From: Utricularia gibba
Lineage: Eukaryota; Plantae; Magnoliophyta
DNA length: 64,000 nt
Assembly: GCA_002189035.1 (NCBI GenBank)
Contig: NEEC01000011.1
Coordinates: 2,914,001 to 2,978,000, forward strand
Direction of reading: 5' to 3'
In this document: in pieces, positions 36,752 to 49,756 of the stretch
How the letters are laid out: the number at the start of each line of letters is the position of its first letter
Numbering within the stretch: the first letter of the stretch is position 1
Made by a program: the position numbers and the translations under genes
The notes under the pieces: model-generated
The model's database searches: none
What the model was told of the DNA's origin: nothing
What the model saw: only the letters and a program-made list of their open reading frames with translations

Positions 36752-37804
36752 ATGACAGCACTGGTATCCGCTATTGGATTTGAAGGCTATGAAAAGAGGC
36801 TTGAGATTTCATTTGCCAAGCCTGCATTTTTCACTGATGGTAGTGGGGTTGATCTCCGATCTCTTTCCAAAGCTCAACTAGATGAAATCCTGGATGCGGC
36901 AGAATGTACCATCGTTTCCTCCTTGAAGAACAATGAAGTAGATTCATATGTTCTGTCCGAATCCAGCCTCTTTGTGTACCCGTACAAGATAATTCTGAAG
37001 ACTTGTGGGACTACTAAATTGCTGCTGGCAATCCCACCCATCCTTCGCATGGCTGATGGAATTGGACTTGCAGTGAGCGCTGTTCGATATACTCGTGGAA
37101 GCTTCATATTTCCCAGTGCCCAGTCATTTCCTCATAGAAGCTTTTCTGAAGAAGTTTGCGTTCTTGATGGCCATTTTACTGATCGTGGCCTAAGCAGCAG
37201 TGCCTTTATCCTTGAAAGTTCTGAGTATGAGAAATGGCACATCTACTCTGCCTCTGTCGGGCCAACAACTGATGCACATCCTCTTTACTCCCTGGAGATG
37301 TGTATGACCAATTTGGACACAAAGAAGGCATCCGTCTTCTTCAAGAGCAGGTCTGCTTCTGCATCCATCATGACCAATGTTTCAGGCATCAGGATGATCC
37401 TTCCTGAATCTGATATCTGTGATTTCGACTTCGATCCTTTTGGCTACTCAATGAATGCAATTGAAGGAGGGATGATCTCAACAATTCATGTCACCCCAGA
37501 AGATGGCTTCAGCTATGCTAGTTTTGAAGCAGTCGGTTACAATTTCAAGCACATGGATCTGAATCAGCTCATTCACAGCGTGCTGGATTGCTTCGAGCCT
37601 GCACAATTCTCTGTAGCCCTGCATTCTTCCTTTGCTGATAGAGAGCTCGATTCCGAGTTCAACCTCGAACTCGATGGATACATTCGTGGAGAAAAGAGCT
37701 TCCAAGTGTTGGGCAATGGAGGATCAACTCTGTACCATACCTTTACGGCCCCAGCCAGGTGCGGTTCCCCTACCTCCATTTTGGAACATTGGAATGAAGC
37801 TTAG
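36752..37804 (+). CDS. SAMDC: S-adenosylmethionine decarboxylase proenzyme
   Basis: [14 protein letters not shown], self-cleavage site [43 protein letters not shown]. First ATG 36752; TATATAAA at 35860-35867. Confidence 0.95.
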   Translation: MTALVSAIGFEGYEKRLEISFAKPAFFTDGSGVDLRSLSKAQLDEILDAAECTIVSSLKNNEVDSYVLSESSLFVYPYKIILKTCGTTKLLLAIPPILRMADGIGLAVSAVRYTRGSFIFPSAQSFPHRSFSEEVCVLDGHFTDRGLSSSAFILESSEYEKWHIYSASVGPTTDAHPLYSLEMCMTNLDTKKASVFFKSRSASASIMTNVSGIRMILPESDICDFDFDPFGYSMNAIEGGMISTIHVTPEDGFSYASFEAVGYNFKHMDLNQLIHSVLDCFEPAQFSVALHSSFADRELDSEFNLELDGYIRGEKSFQVLGNGGSTLYHTFTAPARCGSPTSILEHWNEA

Positions 37805-38367
37805 GTTGATGATGATGATGATCCCTCTGGAGCTGGGAAGTGGAGGTGATGTCTGATATTCTCTCCATGTATTGTGAAATAAATTGGACATCATGGTGCG
37901 ATGTCCGATGATTTGTTTGTTTGTCTTTCTGTCATCTGTTTCAATTTCCATGTACTTGTAGCGACTTTGGCCTACTGTGGTCTAGTATTAAAGCCGAAGG
38001 TTTCAACTTTTTATCAAGCTGAATTTGTATCCCTGAGGTAACTTACAAGCATCAAAAACTTCCTACTAACAGTAATAGCAAATGCAAGCCAGGTACGTAC
38101 TTCACGGATCTGAAGCCTGGCCGATACTCTTACAGAGGCATTGATCCGTGGATTTTGCAAGAAAATTGGGGCACAGGCCCTGGTTTTTGGATCAGAAACT
38201 GCACTCTGAATGTTTCTCCCCACAGGATAGCCAGGCGAACAAGGAAGAAATGACACTTGGAGGCTTCCTGATTCAGCTGAAGCTGCTATAAGTACCATGG
38301 CCACTAGCTCCCATTCAGCACCAACAGTTTCGTACATCGACTCCTGAACCTTTACATTACCCCGAAA

Positions 38368-38743
38368 ATGGATACCTCCGACAAAGCTAGCCTCCACGCC
38401 GGCGAGGCCAAGGGCCAGATCCAGGTACGTTTCTACAGATACAGTCTATATAATATTTATGCCAGATACTTGAATGTATGAATGTTTTGATGGGTTCCTG
38501 GGTCTTGCAGGAAAAAGGCAGCCAGGTGATGGGGAAGGTAAGCAATGCTGCACAATCTGCTAAAGAATCAGTGCAGGAGGTACGCTTCTTACAACGTGAT
38601 TTCCCCTGAACTCTTAAGTAACCGATAAGAGTATCATGGTCTTATTCCTTCGGGTGCATTGTGTGCTGGTGTTTCTAAAGGCTGCCAGCCAGTTGCAGGC
38701 TAAGGCGCACGGCGCAGCGGAATCAACTGGAGTTAACAAATGA
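38368..38743 (+). CDS. Small LEA/stress hydrophilin paralog, 62 aa, 3 exons (38368-38424, 38511-38579, 38681-38743)
   Basis: MDTSDKASLHAGEAKGQIQ|EKGSQVMGKVSNAAQSAKESVQE|AASQLQAKAHGAAESTGVNK*; same exon layout (middle exon 69 nt) as the copy at 32.1-32.5 kb; TATAAGTA at 38287. Confidence 0.88.
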
Positions 38744-39216
38744 GAAAGAGCTCTTCACCCCCACATCCGGTTCTTCTTGAGAGCTGTCATTTGATGAAAT
38801 AAGTGTCAAATCCTGCCTCATAATTTTCAATTCTGTACTGCGATGGCAATTCTTGAATAAACTGCTAAAATGGAAATAAAGTTTTTTTTTATTTGAATTT
38901 CGAAAATCTCCAGATTTTCAGGGGTTCGACGTTTTTTGCCTATTATAGAAAGGTCCCATGATTTGTGTTTGTGTTGTTTCTGAATTCAACCACGTGGTGA
39001 AATTGCTTTGTTTGATATCTTTAACCGCGCGTGTGGTTTGTGAAGCTGCATCCGAAGTGGATGCAATTCGAGTTTCTTCATTTCCATGGCTTCTTTCTTC
39101 TACTAGTGTACATAAATATTAGATTTTTACTCAGACATGTTGCTGGGATTTCGAGTAGAACTCATGGTCATGAGACCATCTTGCCAAAAGAGCTCCTGTA
39201 ACTCCCTGGATTCCGG

Positions 39217-39729
39217 TTACACTGAATCATTGCAGGGATGATCATCCAGCTGAGCCAAGCTCGTGAAGGGGCTACTGATCTGCGTATCAGTAAGCATCCT
39301 TCTAAGCTCCAGAGCTTCCTCTCTGAGCTGAACATTCTCTTGCACTACATGGTCATGGCTCTCCGACACACGTCTGAGTTCATCTATCAGCTGGCGATTC
39401 TCCTTGATCAGGAAAATAACTTGTGAACAGAGCTCATCCAAGTGCCTTTGCTTCCTGATACGCGACCGTCTTGCTGATTCCCGGTTCGATATCATTCGTC
39501 TCTGCTTCCTCTCATGTATTATACTCATCTGCTGCTCCTCTGCTTCATCAGAAGTTGAGTTACTGCTGAAACATGTAGCTTTTGCTGTAACTTGGTGCTG
39601 GAGCAACGCCCCTGGAAACCCACTGGAATCACATGGCGCTGGGAAGATGCTTCCCCCAAACCAGGAGAGATCAGGAAAGGGGATGAGGGATGGAATTGGA
39701 GGATACTCAGAGAGCTGGGTAGGCTGCAT
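39217..39729 (-). CDS. Group S bZIP transcription factor (bZIP42/43/58-like), intronless
   Basis: SSNSTSDEAEEQQ...ERKQRRMISNRESARRSRIRKQRHLDEL plus leucine zipper. First ATG after the TATA box (39775-39783 on -) is 39729. Confidence 0.92.
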   Translation of the reverse strand: MQPTQLSEYPPIPSLIPFPDLSWFGGSIFPAPCDSSGFPGALLQHQVTAKATCFSSNSTSDEAEEQQMSIIHERKQRRMISNRESARRSRIRKQRHLDELCSQVIFLIKENRQLIDELRRVSESHDHVVQENVQLREEALELRRMLTDTQISSPFTSLAQLDDHPCNDSV

Positions 39730-40385
39730 TGCTTCAATTACAGACTGCAGAATGGTACCAGAAGACGAAGGACAATTTATAGACAGGAAAAGAAGATGCT
39801 GTGGCCCCTCCAATGCAATGTGTGGAGTGGGGTTTCTTCAGTCCCGCATATCAGACCAGGCATGTCACTGTTTGACCAAATCTTTTGTATATCCAAAGCC
39901 CATGAACTCGTTCCTTCACGTGGGGTACTTCTGAGATCGGGAGGGAGCGGAGATCAGGCATCCATCACTCCCCCAAAGAACGGCTCTGGCGCAAGTGCCA
40001 GGAAAAGCAAACACAGACAAATGGTAATAATTAAGTAGGAGAAAACCAGACGGCGATTGGCAAAGCGGACAAACCCCTTTCCGCAAAAGGAAGAAGAAGA
40101 GGGCTTGCGTGAAGGAATGCGACTCAAAAACATTCAGCTTTCAGCCGAGCTTTGCGCGAGTTATTGTGTGATGGCCTCAGCGCATGCTTTGGGAGAAAGG
40201 GATGTGTTTTTTGGACACTCCATGACAACAGCTTCCCATCTCCCTCCATTGCATCAGCTCATGACGCATCCAATACTGTCACCTTGCGCACTTCAGTTTA
40301 TCTCCATTACAAATTCGATCATTCTTGTTAATTATGTGAAAAAAGTGATCATCTTCAGTTAAAAATTTAATTTTTGTTTGATTAA

Positions 40386-40585
40386 GATCGTGTTTGGTAA
40401 CTGGTATAAACATAAATATACCGAATATTAGAATACATAATATATATTTAATAATTAGTATAAATTTATCTCGAAATATTTTTTTCTTTATTATAAACAT
40501 ACATTTTTTCTATATATTAATTCTCTTTAAATTTATCTTGATATCATGATAAATTTATACCGATATAGCTACTAAACACACGGCC
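40386..40585. mobile_element. Degenerate Tourist-like (PIF/Harbinger) MITE, about 200 bp
   Basis: TAA flanks both ends (40383-40385, 40586-40588); imperfect terminal inverted repeats GATCGTGTTTGGTAACT vs GGCCGTGTGTTTAGTAGCT; very AT-rich interior. Confidence 0.45.
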
Positions 40586-42290
40586 TAAGGGTGTATTTTG
40601 CAGCACGCACAATTGTGTTGATTAAGGGTTTCAAGGTTCTTAGCAGATCTCAAGCTATCGTGTGTTGTGTTAGTGTGCTTTGTTGAACCCAGACGTGCAT
40701 CTGCTCCTCTGGGCATCACTTGTGGATTCTCTTCGGTGTTCGCCACACAACGCCCTGATTTTTGCGCACTTTGGATGGTCCTCTTGGGGTACGAAAATGC
40801 ATCCCTCCACTACCACTTCCAAGATTTTGTATTTTTTTTATTATCATTAGATGAGATATATTGTAATTTGACTAAAAATATATATTTTATAATATTATTT
40901 TTGTTTCTAAATAGTTCATTTAAAAAATGATCATTCGTACAATCTATCACATACAGATAAAAACTTGATAATATCGATGATTATTTTTATTACGTAATAT
41001 GCAGGAATGCTCATATATATTGAGAATTACTTTTAGTTAATAAATATTTACACACTTCTTCAATTGTGATTTTTTAATCTATTTTTTTAAAAAAAAATTG
41101 TAAAATATATTTGATAAATTTCAATCTACTCATATAAATATAAATAATTAAACGCATATTAAATAAATTATCTGACCAATTTGGCAAAGCAAAAATCCGG
41201 TGCTCGGTGGTCAGAAAAATAAAAAATAAAAACTAGATATTTATCCAGCTCACTATAGATACTAAAATATCTGGAACCCCCGCGAGAAATATCTCACAAT
41301 AACTTCCCCTTAAAGATTCACAACAAAAGGGTGTTAGCGTCCCCGTAGCCAAGGCTCGTACTTCCGCGACGACGTCGTTTTCTTATCTAGAAAGTCGTTT
41401 GCTTTTTCTCAATAGAAAGAAACAAATGGCATTCTTGTGAACATAAAGCAAATATAAAAAAATAAAAACATTTTGGTAATTAATATTTTTTAAGAAGAGA
41501 AAAGGGGATAAATATCTGTGTACCCTAATGGAATAAAACTAGAAAAGTGAAAAGGATAACTAATAATAGCATGGTTATGATTAAAGAATGGAAAGAGAGT
41601 CGTGTCTGAAAAAGATAAAAAAGTGGGGAAAAAAAAAGGAAAAGAAAGATATGGGCATTGTATGCTCCCCACTGGAGTGGACTGGACAGTGGGGCCTTAT
41701 CTTTTATAGTAATGATCTTGGGCTTGGGGCCCATAGTTGGATCATGGGCTGAGCCATTGCGTATGGGCCCAAGTCCAATCAGAGACACTTGGGCCTGTCT
41801 ATACCGATTCTCCTTTGAGGAGGGAGTGAAGGGATCGAGATTCCGGCACAGGGGAAGAAAAGATATGATCGGATGCACGTGGCGGGAGCGTGTTGATGAC
41901 ACGCAACTGCTCGATTTGATGTCGGTTTGAGTAGGCGGATGGAGGTTCTAGAGGATCGGGTTCGCTTCTGAAATTTATCCAGGCCTTTGTCGTCTGGATC
42001 ACGCTCTGTACGCTGACGACTCTGTTTCCGGTGAGGTTTCGGTTGCTGATTGCAACTGAAGTTTTTTTTGTTTTATTTAATTGCGGTCGCTTTCGGATAC
42101 CTAATGCGGGTTGATCGGCGTATCTGCATCGCAATGAGAGCGCGAGAATTGATGTGGGTTTTGTTTTTATTTTTTTGGGGAGGTTGTAGTGTGTTCTGGA
42201 TGTTAAGCTTGTTGGTGTGATGGAATTTTTGTTTGGGTTTTAAATTTTTCTCTTTCCCAGGGGTGGAAGCAGGGGAAATCGAGGCTTAAA

Positions 42291-44383
42291 ATGGGGATGG
42301 AAAATGTTCAAGATTGGTCTGCTTCTAATGCGATTTCAGGTGGTTCTGGTGAAACCGATAATGGATCAGACAACAATGAACTTGAGTGTGCTGCAGAGAA
42401 ATTGACTCGGGTTGAATTAGATCTAGCATGTTGTTCTGAGAAGTTTGCAAATTTGGGAATACTTGTTATGCATCTTGGTTCGAGGGAAAGTGATTTTGAA
42501 GCTTTTGCACTAGGCGAAGAGGATTCAATGGAAAGACATGTTGAGAAAGCACTGGAGTTTGACTTCTTGTATGGGTTTGTGGACTGCGAAATCCGGGAAC
42601 TGGAGAGTTTGTTATGCGCCTTGCAGGCCGATATTGTTCGTTCCTCAGAGAGCGTATCTTCATTCATGCACCTTGGTGATGCTTTAAAGCAAATGGAAGA
42701 AAAGATTCAAGACTGTACGGAGTCCCTGAACCGGTCCTTTCAGCAGGCTCTGGACATAAAAGAACAGTGTGGATACTTCAAGAGGATCTTGTGTGCTTAT
42801 CCTGGAAGTGAAGGATGTATGTTGTATTATTCACTTTACCTTATTTGATATTGTTTTATGGATTGAGAGGGCTTGTTTTTCGTCCTCTCAATTTGTTGGG
42901 GCTTACCCCTTGGTTTTCCAAGCATGCTACGCGGTACCGTGTTCTGTTGATAGTTCATTTTTGTTATCCTTCATTATTTCTTGGTAACCATTTGGTGTTT
43001 CTCATAGGGAAAGAAGGCGGTGAGCCGTATGGTTTGGAAAATGGGGATCTTCCAAAATCGCATGAGAAGATCAAACTGCAGACGGCACAACAACAGAGAA
43101 ATGTTTTAAGGATGCTGGAAAAATCTTTGGCGAGAGAAATGGATCTTGAGAAGAAGCTAGTTGAATCTAGACAAACTGAAGAAGATTTAAAACATCGGCT
43201 TCAACAAGAAGCCAACTACATGGAGCAAGAAGTTGAAGATTTGTCAAGAAGACTATTTGACTCAGAGAACACCAAAGAAGTCATTTTTGGATTTCTGAAA
43301 GAGTTTCAGGAGCGAGTCACTGAAGCTGAAAGGAGAGCTGAGAATGCCGAATCTGAGTCCAAAAGTTTAAAAGCATCTAACCTTGGGCTGAATAAGGACG
43401 TGAATCGCATGAAAGATGAACTTTTAGCTACAACTGGGAAAGTACAACAGTTGGAGGGGCAATTGAAGGTCACTGAAAGTCGGCTGCTTCATGCAGTGGC
43501 AGCTGCTGAAGCTGGTCGAGAGATGCAAAGCATGTCGGACCAAACCATTAAAGATATGGATAGACTAATACAAGATTTGAAATTTAAGGTTTCAAGGGCT
43601 GAAGCTCAGACCGAGAGCACTGAAGATAAGTGTATTTTGTTGTCGGAAACCAATGCTGAGCTCACTGAAGTGATCAACCATCTCAGGTGTAGAGTGGAAG
43701 ACTTGGAGACATCTCTCTGTAGTGCTAGCGATGCCAAGAAGCAATATGGTGAGGATATAAAGGTGCAGATCAAGTTGATCGCAGATTTAATAGTGAAGTT
43801 GGCTAATGAGAGAGAGCGCCTGCACCAGGAGGTTCAATCAATTTATTTCCTCCTCGACATTATCTTCCCTGCCAATGAAGATCCACTTGCTTTTTCTTCT
43901 AATGATTTTCTCTCTTCATCTAGGTATTATCATTAAGAAAGGAGAAGAAACTCGCTTTCAAGGTCATGCAACAGAAAAACAAGAGTCCCTCATCCGAAAC
44001 TCAGAGGCATGATTCTGACACTAGAGATGTGGGCAACATCACCACGTCTACAGCAGAAACCACAGAGGAAATATGCTCATCCACCAGGCATCAGGTTTCC
44101 TTTGTTTTCACAGGATCATTTGAATCTCTCGTACCACCGACCTCATTATGCACCATATCTCGTGTATCATCAGAGCGGTTTGGTGCCCAAATCGTCCTCA
44201 ACTGCAGATGAGGCCAGCTTCGGCAACTCACCCGCAGACTCCAAGGCGGACGCAGTCAGAGACATTGATGCAAGGCAGCTTCAATTCTTGAGCCTTAAGC
44301 ATATCATCAGGGGAGTTCTTTTACTCTGTATCCCATTTTTGCTGCTTTACCTACCTCTCCGCGGTGAAATTTCTTCTCCCTGA
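42291..44383 (+). CDS. WIT: WPP-domain-interacting tail-anchored protein (WIT1/2-like)
   Basis: LTRVELDLACCSEKFANLGILVMHLGSRESDFEAF, QTAQQQRNVLRMLEKSLAREMDLEKKL, long coiled coil, ADAVRDIDARQL followed by a C-terminal hydrophobic anchor; splice phases consistent (42816/43008). Confidence 0.9.
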
Positions 44384-45555
44384 TGGAAGTTCTGCCTCCC
44401 ACACTTGAGCTGATTTCCTATAGAGATTTGGGATACAGGAAAAAGCTGAGAAATCCACAGTACTATATGGGATACCTTGTTATATATGACCTTTGTGCAC
44501 TCTGTTTGCTGAAATATATTCAGTTCCTGAAAGGGGTATCCGTTTTGCAAGAAGAATGCACACATTATGCCATGCTATACATCATACAAAAATTACTTCT
44601 TCCGTGACAGCACGAATAGGAAGATTTTTATGTAAACCTCAACTCCCAGAATTCAAAAATTTTTGGAACATGTAAAAGCGTGTTTCGAAAAAAAATTGGA
44701 ATGTTTCAAAATTTCTTTTTTCTTTTGCACTGCTTGGAGTGTATATTTGAAAAGTGCACAAAAGCATCTATTTTTTGAAAGTAGATCAATTTATTGGGAA
44801 TGAAGTTGCACCAAATAAGATTATAGGCTCTTAGTTCGATTGGATTTGAACAAACCCAAAAATGTCAACACAATTTAATAACTTGCATCAATGACTTAAG
44901 ATTAATTTATTGATTAGCCAATAGAGCAAAACTGGCACAAGGATAATTTACACCCTTTTTGTGTTGGAAGTTTTGACCCTGTGTTTGAAGAGGTCCAGTC
45001 CACATCAAAGCGCACTTTCATGGTGGTTCATTTGGTTCGAGGATTAGTTTGAACCAAGGTTTTACTATTCTGTTCCCAAAGTTGAAGATGAAGAATAGTA
45101 TGGATGAAGGGTCTATCCCAGGACTCGAAATCTGCTTCTTATATCTAATTATAATCTCCCATGAAGGGTTTTGTTGACCCAAAACCACCCCATTATGCCA
45201 AGAATTGATGTTTCTTTGTAGGGGTGACGTTGACTTGCGAACAGGAATGATGGGTTCTTCCCCCTGCCGGATTAGGTTCGTGTTTTTTCCTTCAATAGGT
45301 TGCTCGCTGCACGAATTTTCTGCCTTCCATGTTCTTGACTCCTGTTCTTGGTTCTTAATCATTGAAAATTTTCTGGGTCATGGAGATTTACTCGAAAGTT
45401 TGATCCTTTTGGTAGAGTAGATAATTCGTCGGTGGAAGATCTGGAAGTTTCAGTTGATATCGTTTGTGATCTCATGTTTCAATGTTTTATCCAGAGACGA
45501 CGACCCTGCAAGATGTTTGCGTTTATGACTCCTGAAACTTTGAGGCGGACAAAGA

Positions 45556-47353
45556 ATGATTAGTAAAGCTGATTTGGTTGTCATTGGAGCCTGTGGTGGC
45601 TTGGCATTTGGTTTACTCATAGCTCTACTTGTATTTTGGGGGTTTCGATGGTACAAGCGACGAGCTAATCTTCGGCGGTGTGCCAGTGATCGTTCCACTA
45701 CTGCCCTGCCTATTCGTGCAAATGGTGTAGATGCAAGCTCTGATTTAAATGCTGTCATTTCTGGTTCTATCGGACCTGAGAACTGTGTCCCAAAACTTCA
45801 ACAATCTTGGTGGAATCATTCGAGCGTAGATCGATTTCGTTCAGTTTCTAGTATTCCAAGATACTCTTACAAGTACGTCGTTAATATTTTTTCCTGCTTG
45901 ACTTCTCACGAGATGGGATATGAGTTACTTTGATGTGGATATCCAGAGATGTTCAGAAGGGGACTCAGAACTTCACTACTATTCTGGGTCAGGGTTCTTT
46001 TGGACCAGTTTACAAAGCTGTAATGCCTGCTGGCGAAGTGGTTGCTGTCAAAGTTCTTGCTGCGGATTCGAAACAAGGGGAAAAAGAGTTCCAAACAGAG
46101 GTAATCCTAAATTCCACTCTATCCATCTCTTGAGCCTTGTATATCTAGATGAGAATTACTTTGGTAGTTCTCTGAATTTAGATCCCTCAATTCTTCAGGT
46201 CTCATTGTTGGCTCGGCTGCATCACCGAAATCTGGTGAATTTGGTTGGTTACTGCATAGATAAAGGGTCTCGTATGCTGGTTTATGAGTTCATGAGCAAT
46301 GGAAGCTTGGAAAATCTCCTTTACAGTAAGTTGTCTAAACTTTGCTCACCTAGATTCATACTAAGGATTCTCTTCTTGCTGTTCTTGATGCTTTGATACT
46401 GTTGCGAGTGTAACAAGTTCTTCATTTTTCTACACACGCTCTCAGATGATCAGAACAAAGTATTGGGGTGGGATGATCGGATTCAGATCGCCCTCGACAT
46501 TTCCCACGGCATCGAATATCTTCACGATGGGGTATGCATGCGAATCATATTCCCAGTTAAAGATGAACTTTATTTGCCATCTGAGAAGCTTACCAAAAAC
46601 TCTGATGAATAGGCAGTGCCTCCGGTTATACACAGAGACCTGAAATCTGCCAATATATTGCTTGATGGTTCGTTGAGGGCAAAAGTAAGAAACTTTATTG
46701 TGTTGCTAAAGCTGTTCAGTCTTGGTTCTGGATGCTGAGGCTCCATCTGATTCTGCAACCAGGTTGCAGACTTTGGGCTGTCAAAGGAACAAGTCTTCAA
46801 TGGGCGTAGCTCGGGTCTCAAAGGTACATATGCCTACACGGATCCTGCATATGTAAACACAAACACCCTCACCACAAAGAGCGATGTGTATAGCTTCGGG
46901 CTCATCCTCTTTGAGCTGATAACAGCTATTCACCCTCAACACAATCTGTTGGAGTACGTGAATCTTGTAAGAAAGAGCTCTTCCCCTGCAAATCATCTTA
47001 AGACACACATTTTGTGCTACTTTCTCATCCATCATCCTCTGTTCTCTGACTTGCACCAGGCTGCAATGAGCCCGGAAGGCATAGGTGAGATTATCGACTC
47101 GAAAATAGTGGGTAAATGCAACCTGGAAGACGTGCAGAAACTGGCTAAGATAGCTCACAGATGCTTGCACAACGTGCCAAGGAAGCGCCCCTTGATGGGA
47201 GAAGTTTCTCAGGCTATCAGTAGGATAAAGCAGAGTAAGCTGAACAAGGATGGGGTCATTTCATTTTCTAGCGGCGACTTCTCCAGAGCAGTGAGCTTGA
47301 TCGAACACCAGCAAGTTGAGCTTCAACGAAAAACGACAATGAACGTATCATGA
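45556..47353 (+). CDS. CRLK: Calcium/calmodulin-regulated receptor-like kinase (CRLK1/2-like), multi-exon
   Basis: N-terminal TM, SIPRYSYKDVQKGTQNFTTILGQGSFGPVYKA, VAVK, HRDLKSAN, DFG, GTYAYTDP, DVYSFG. Confidence 0.92.
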
Positions 47354-48296
47354 TCGAAAAATGGTACATCGCGATTGCGGTGGCTGAGTCTGACTGCTCA
47401 TTCATCTGCATAGGTGATGGGTATGGGTGATGGGTGCTGATACAGGGGTGTGCACCTCCTGAGAAGGGAGTGTTTTGTATAAAGAAATCGTCACCCACGT
47501 GAATTCTCTTTGTGCAACTCTCTTGTTTTATCCAACATAGAAATCAATGTTTCACCGAATTTCTAGAGAGGTCTTGCCACCATAGCTGTGCCTCAGTAGC
47601 TGCATCTTCCTCAGCGTTTCCTGTTCAAGATCTGGAGGGCTGCCTCAAAACAGAAGTCGCTAGCAGTACCGAATATAAAAAACATATCCAATTATTTTGT
47701 CCCATGTCCAGCAGCGGCGAACGAACCATGTAGCTTTAACTCCGTACTTTTCGTTCGAGCTCTTCTCCTCTGTTGGCCGAGGGATTGCAGAGGAAAAGCA
47801 ACATTTTTTTCCGAAATTTACGAACCCCAGTTATCTGATTATCCACTACAAGAAAAGAAAAAATCATCGGTATTGCTTATAGCCATGTCGACCCCAATTT
47901 TTTTTTTCATTCTATTTCTGTGGTAATCTGTAATTGTTGAATTGAAGTGGGCTGGATTCATGTAATTTCATCTGGGTTTCGCGTTTTTACCAATTTTCTT
48001 GTGTTCTTTTTTCTGTGGATTTCTTTTGGGAAACTTTCAAAATTTTCCCTCTTTTTGGTTCCCTTTCATCTGATAGTCGCCATATATTCGGTCTTCTGCA
48101 TTGGGGGTTTCCTTTATTTATTGGTAATTCTTGGTGATCAATTGATGGATGATCGAGGTTTGGGCGACTTTTTGGAAGCGTTGGCAATTCTATCTCCGTT
48201 GCTGTATGAATCTTCGTTGTATGGGATGTTTGTTGCAAGATGTTGACTTTGATCATCCTGCAGTTCTTCCTATTGCAGGGATTATCTCTGGTGACA

Positions 48297-49692
48297 ATGG
48301 GTGCCGTCTGTTGCTGCCACAGGGATGATTTCGAGGATTTTATCAACTCAAACAGTGCCTTTTACAGGAACTCGATGTGCCTTCGTTGCTGCCTTCAGTA
48401 TTTCATTCATGTGGTATATAGATACAGCCTTCAGGCTCATTTTTAGCATCTTGGGAAACTGAATTGCCATCTTGGTGCTCTGTATGATCATATCTCAAAT
48501 TATATATGTGTGGAGGATATGCGTTATAACAAGTTCTTTTGGATGCATTACTGGAAACAATGAATTGTCCACCATTGTGCATGTTCTCTGCCTCTAGCTT
48601 TTATGTGTGCTGAGATCTTTCCATTTGATAAGCTGGTTGAAAATTATGAACATTTTATCTGAACTTCTCATTTATTTTTAACCTTCATGATGAGGTGCAA
48701 CTTGCAATGTGTAATTTCTGAAATGGTTCAGGGATCTTCTTGGCAGGAAGTGCCCAAAAATATTCAGTCTCACAATGCAGTATCTAAATGCAGCTTTTTG
48801 CGTTCATCCTATTGTTGATGAGAATGAATGAATACAATTGCTATATTCTGCAGTATGCTTCTCTGTTCCAGAGAGGAGAGCACCATGCGCTGGCTTATTC
48901 ATCTCCAGGAGCATCATCTCTGAATCCAATGGGATCACTCGACAACTCCTTTGTTGATATGTTTCGCCCTCCTCCAAGACCCCTTCCGTATGATGCAGAT
49001 CCGAGATATTTCCGGTTGCAGCGCGAAGGACTGGTTTCTAGAAGAGAGAAATGCTCCAGCCATTCACACGAGGAGCCTGAACCATTTAGAAGCAATGAAG
49101 TCGATGATCTGCCTGAATCATTGAACATCAAAAGCAAATGGAGTCAGTTTCCTTGTGATGAGGATTCCAAGGATTATGATTTGAAATCTTCCCATAAGAT
49201 CTCCACTGCAAAGTCAACTTCTGGATATGCTCATATTTACACATCTCCAGAAGATGAAGACGTCTGCCCCACATGCCTCGATGGTATGTATATATATCAT
49301 CAACAACACTTCTTTCTCTTTGGTTGCATCATTTGCACAAGATTCAATTCCTGGTGCCAGTTTCTTGTTTTTTTTCCTCTTCTGCATGATCATAATCTCT
49401 GTATCGCTCAGCATTTGTGTGTTAGAATCTGCGAGAGCTCCAACTGATGAATATGGTCGTTCGTTTTCCTCAGAATACACCTCTGAGAACCCAAAAATCG
49501 TCACCAACTGTGCTCACCATTTCCATCTGGGTTGTATATATGAATGGATGGAAAGGAGTGATAGATGCCCCGTGTGTGGGAAGGTAAGCTCGCTACTCTC
49601 TGTGTCTTCAGACATCACACAGGGGCTCCTGTCTTGACACTTGCAGGATTCTCGGTTGGCAGGTAATGGCGTTCGAGGAAACAAGCAGTTGA
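48297..49692 (+). CDS. RING-H2 E3 ligase with N-terminal acylation motif (RHB1A/At3g02290-like), 4 exons
   Basis: MGAVCCC N-terminus; FRPPPRPLPYDADPRY; EDEDVCPTCLD|EYTSENPKIVTNCAHHFHLGCIYEWMERSDRCPVCGK|VMAFEETSS*. Confidence 0.92.
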
Positions 49693-49723
49693 AAGCTTCG
49701 CATCGGCAAATCCGAAACCAGGG

Positions 49724-49756
49724 GTGTCTGTGTCGGTGTCGGTGTCGGTGCCGTGC
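49724..49756. repeat. (GTGTCG)n-like hexanucleotide microsatellite in 3' UTR
   Basis: gtgtctgtgtcggtgtcggtgtcggtgccgtg. Confidence 0.7.

Noticed and set aside
38014-38397. 127-aa - strand ORF between SAMDC and LEA
   Set aside because: No recognisable domain; it overlaps the LEA promoter and first exon antisense.
39404-40038. Long + strand ORFs (176 and 148 aa)
   Set aside because: Antisense shadows of the bZIP gene.
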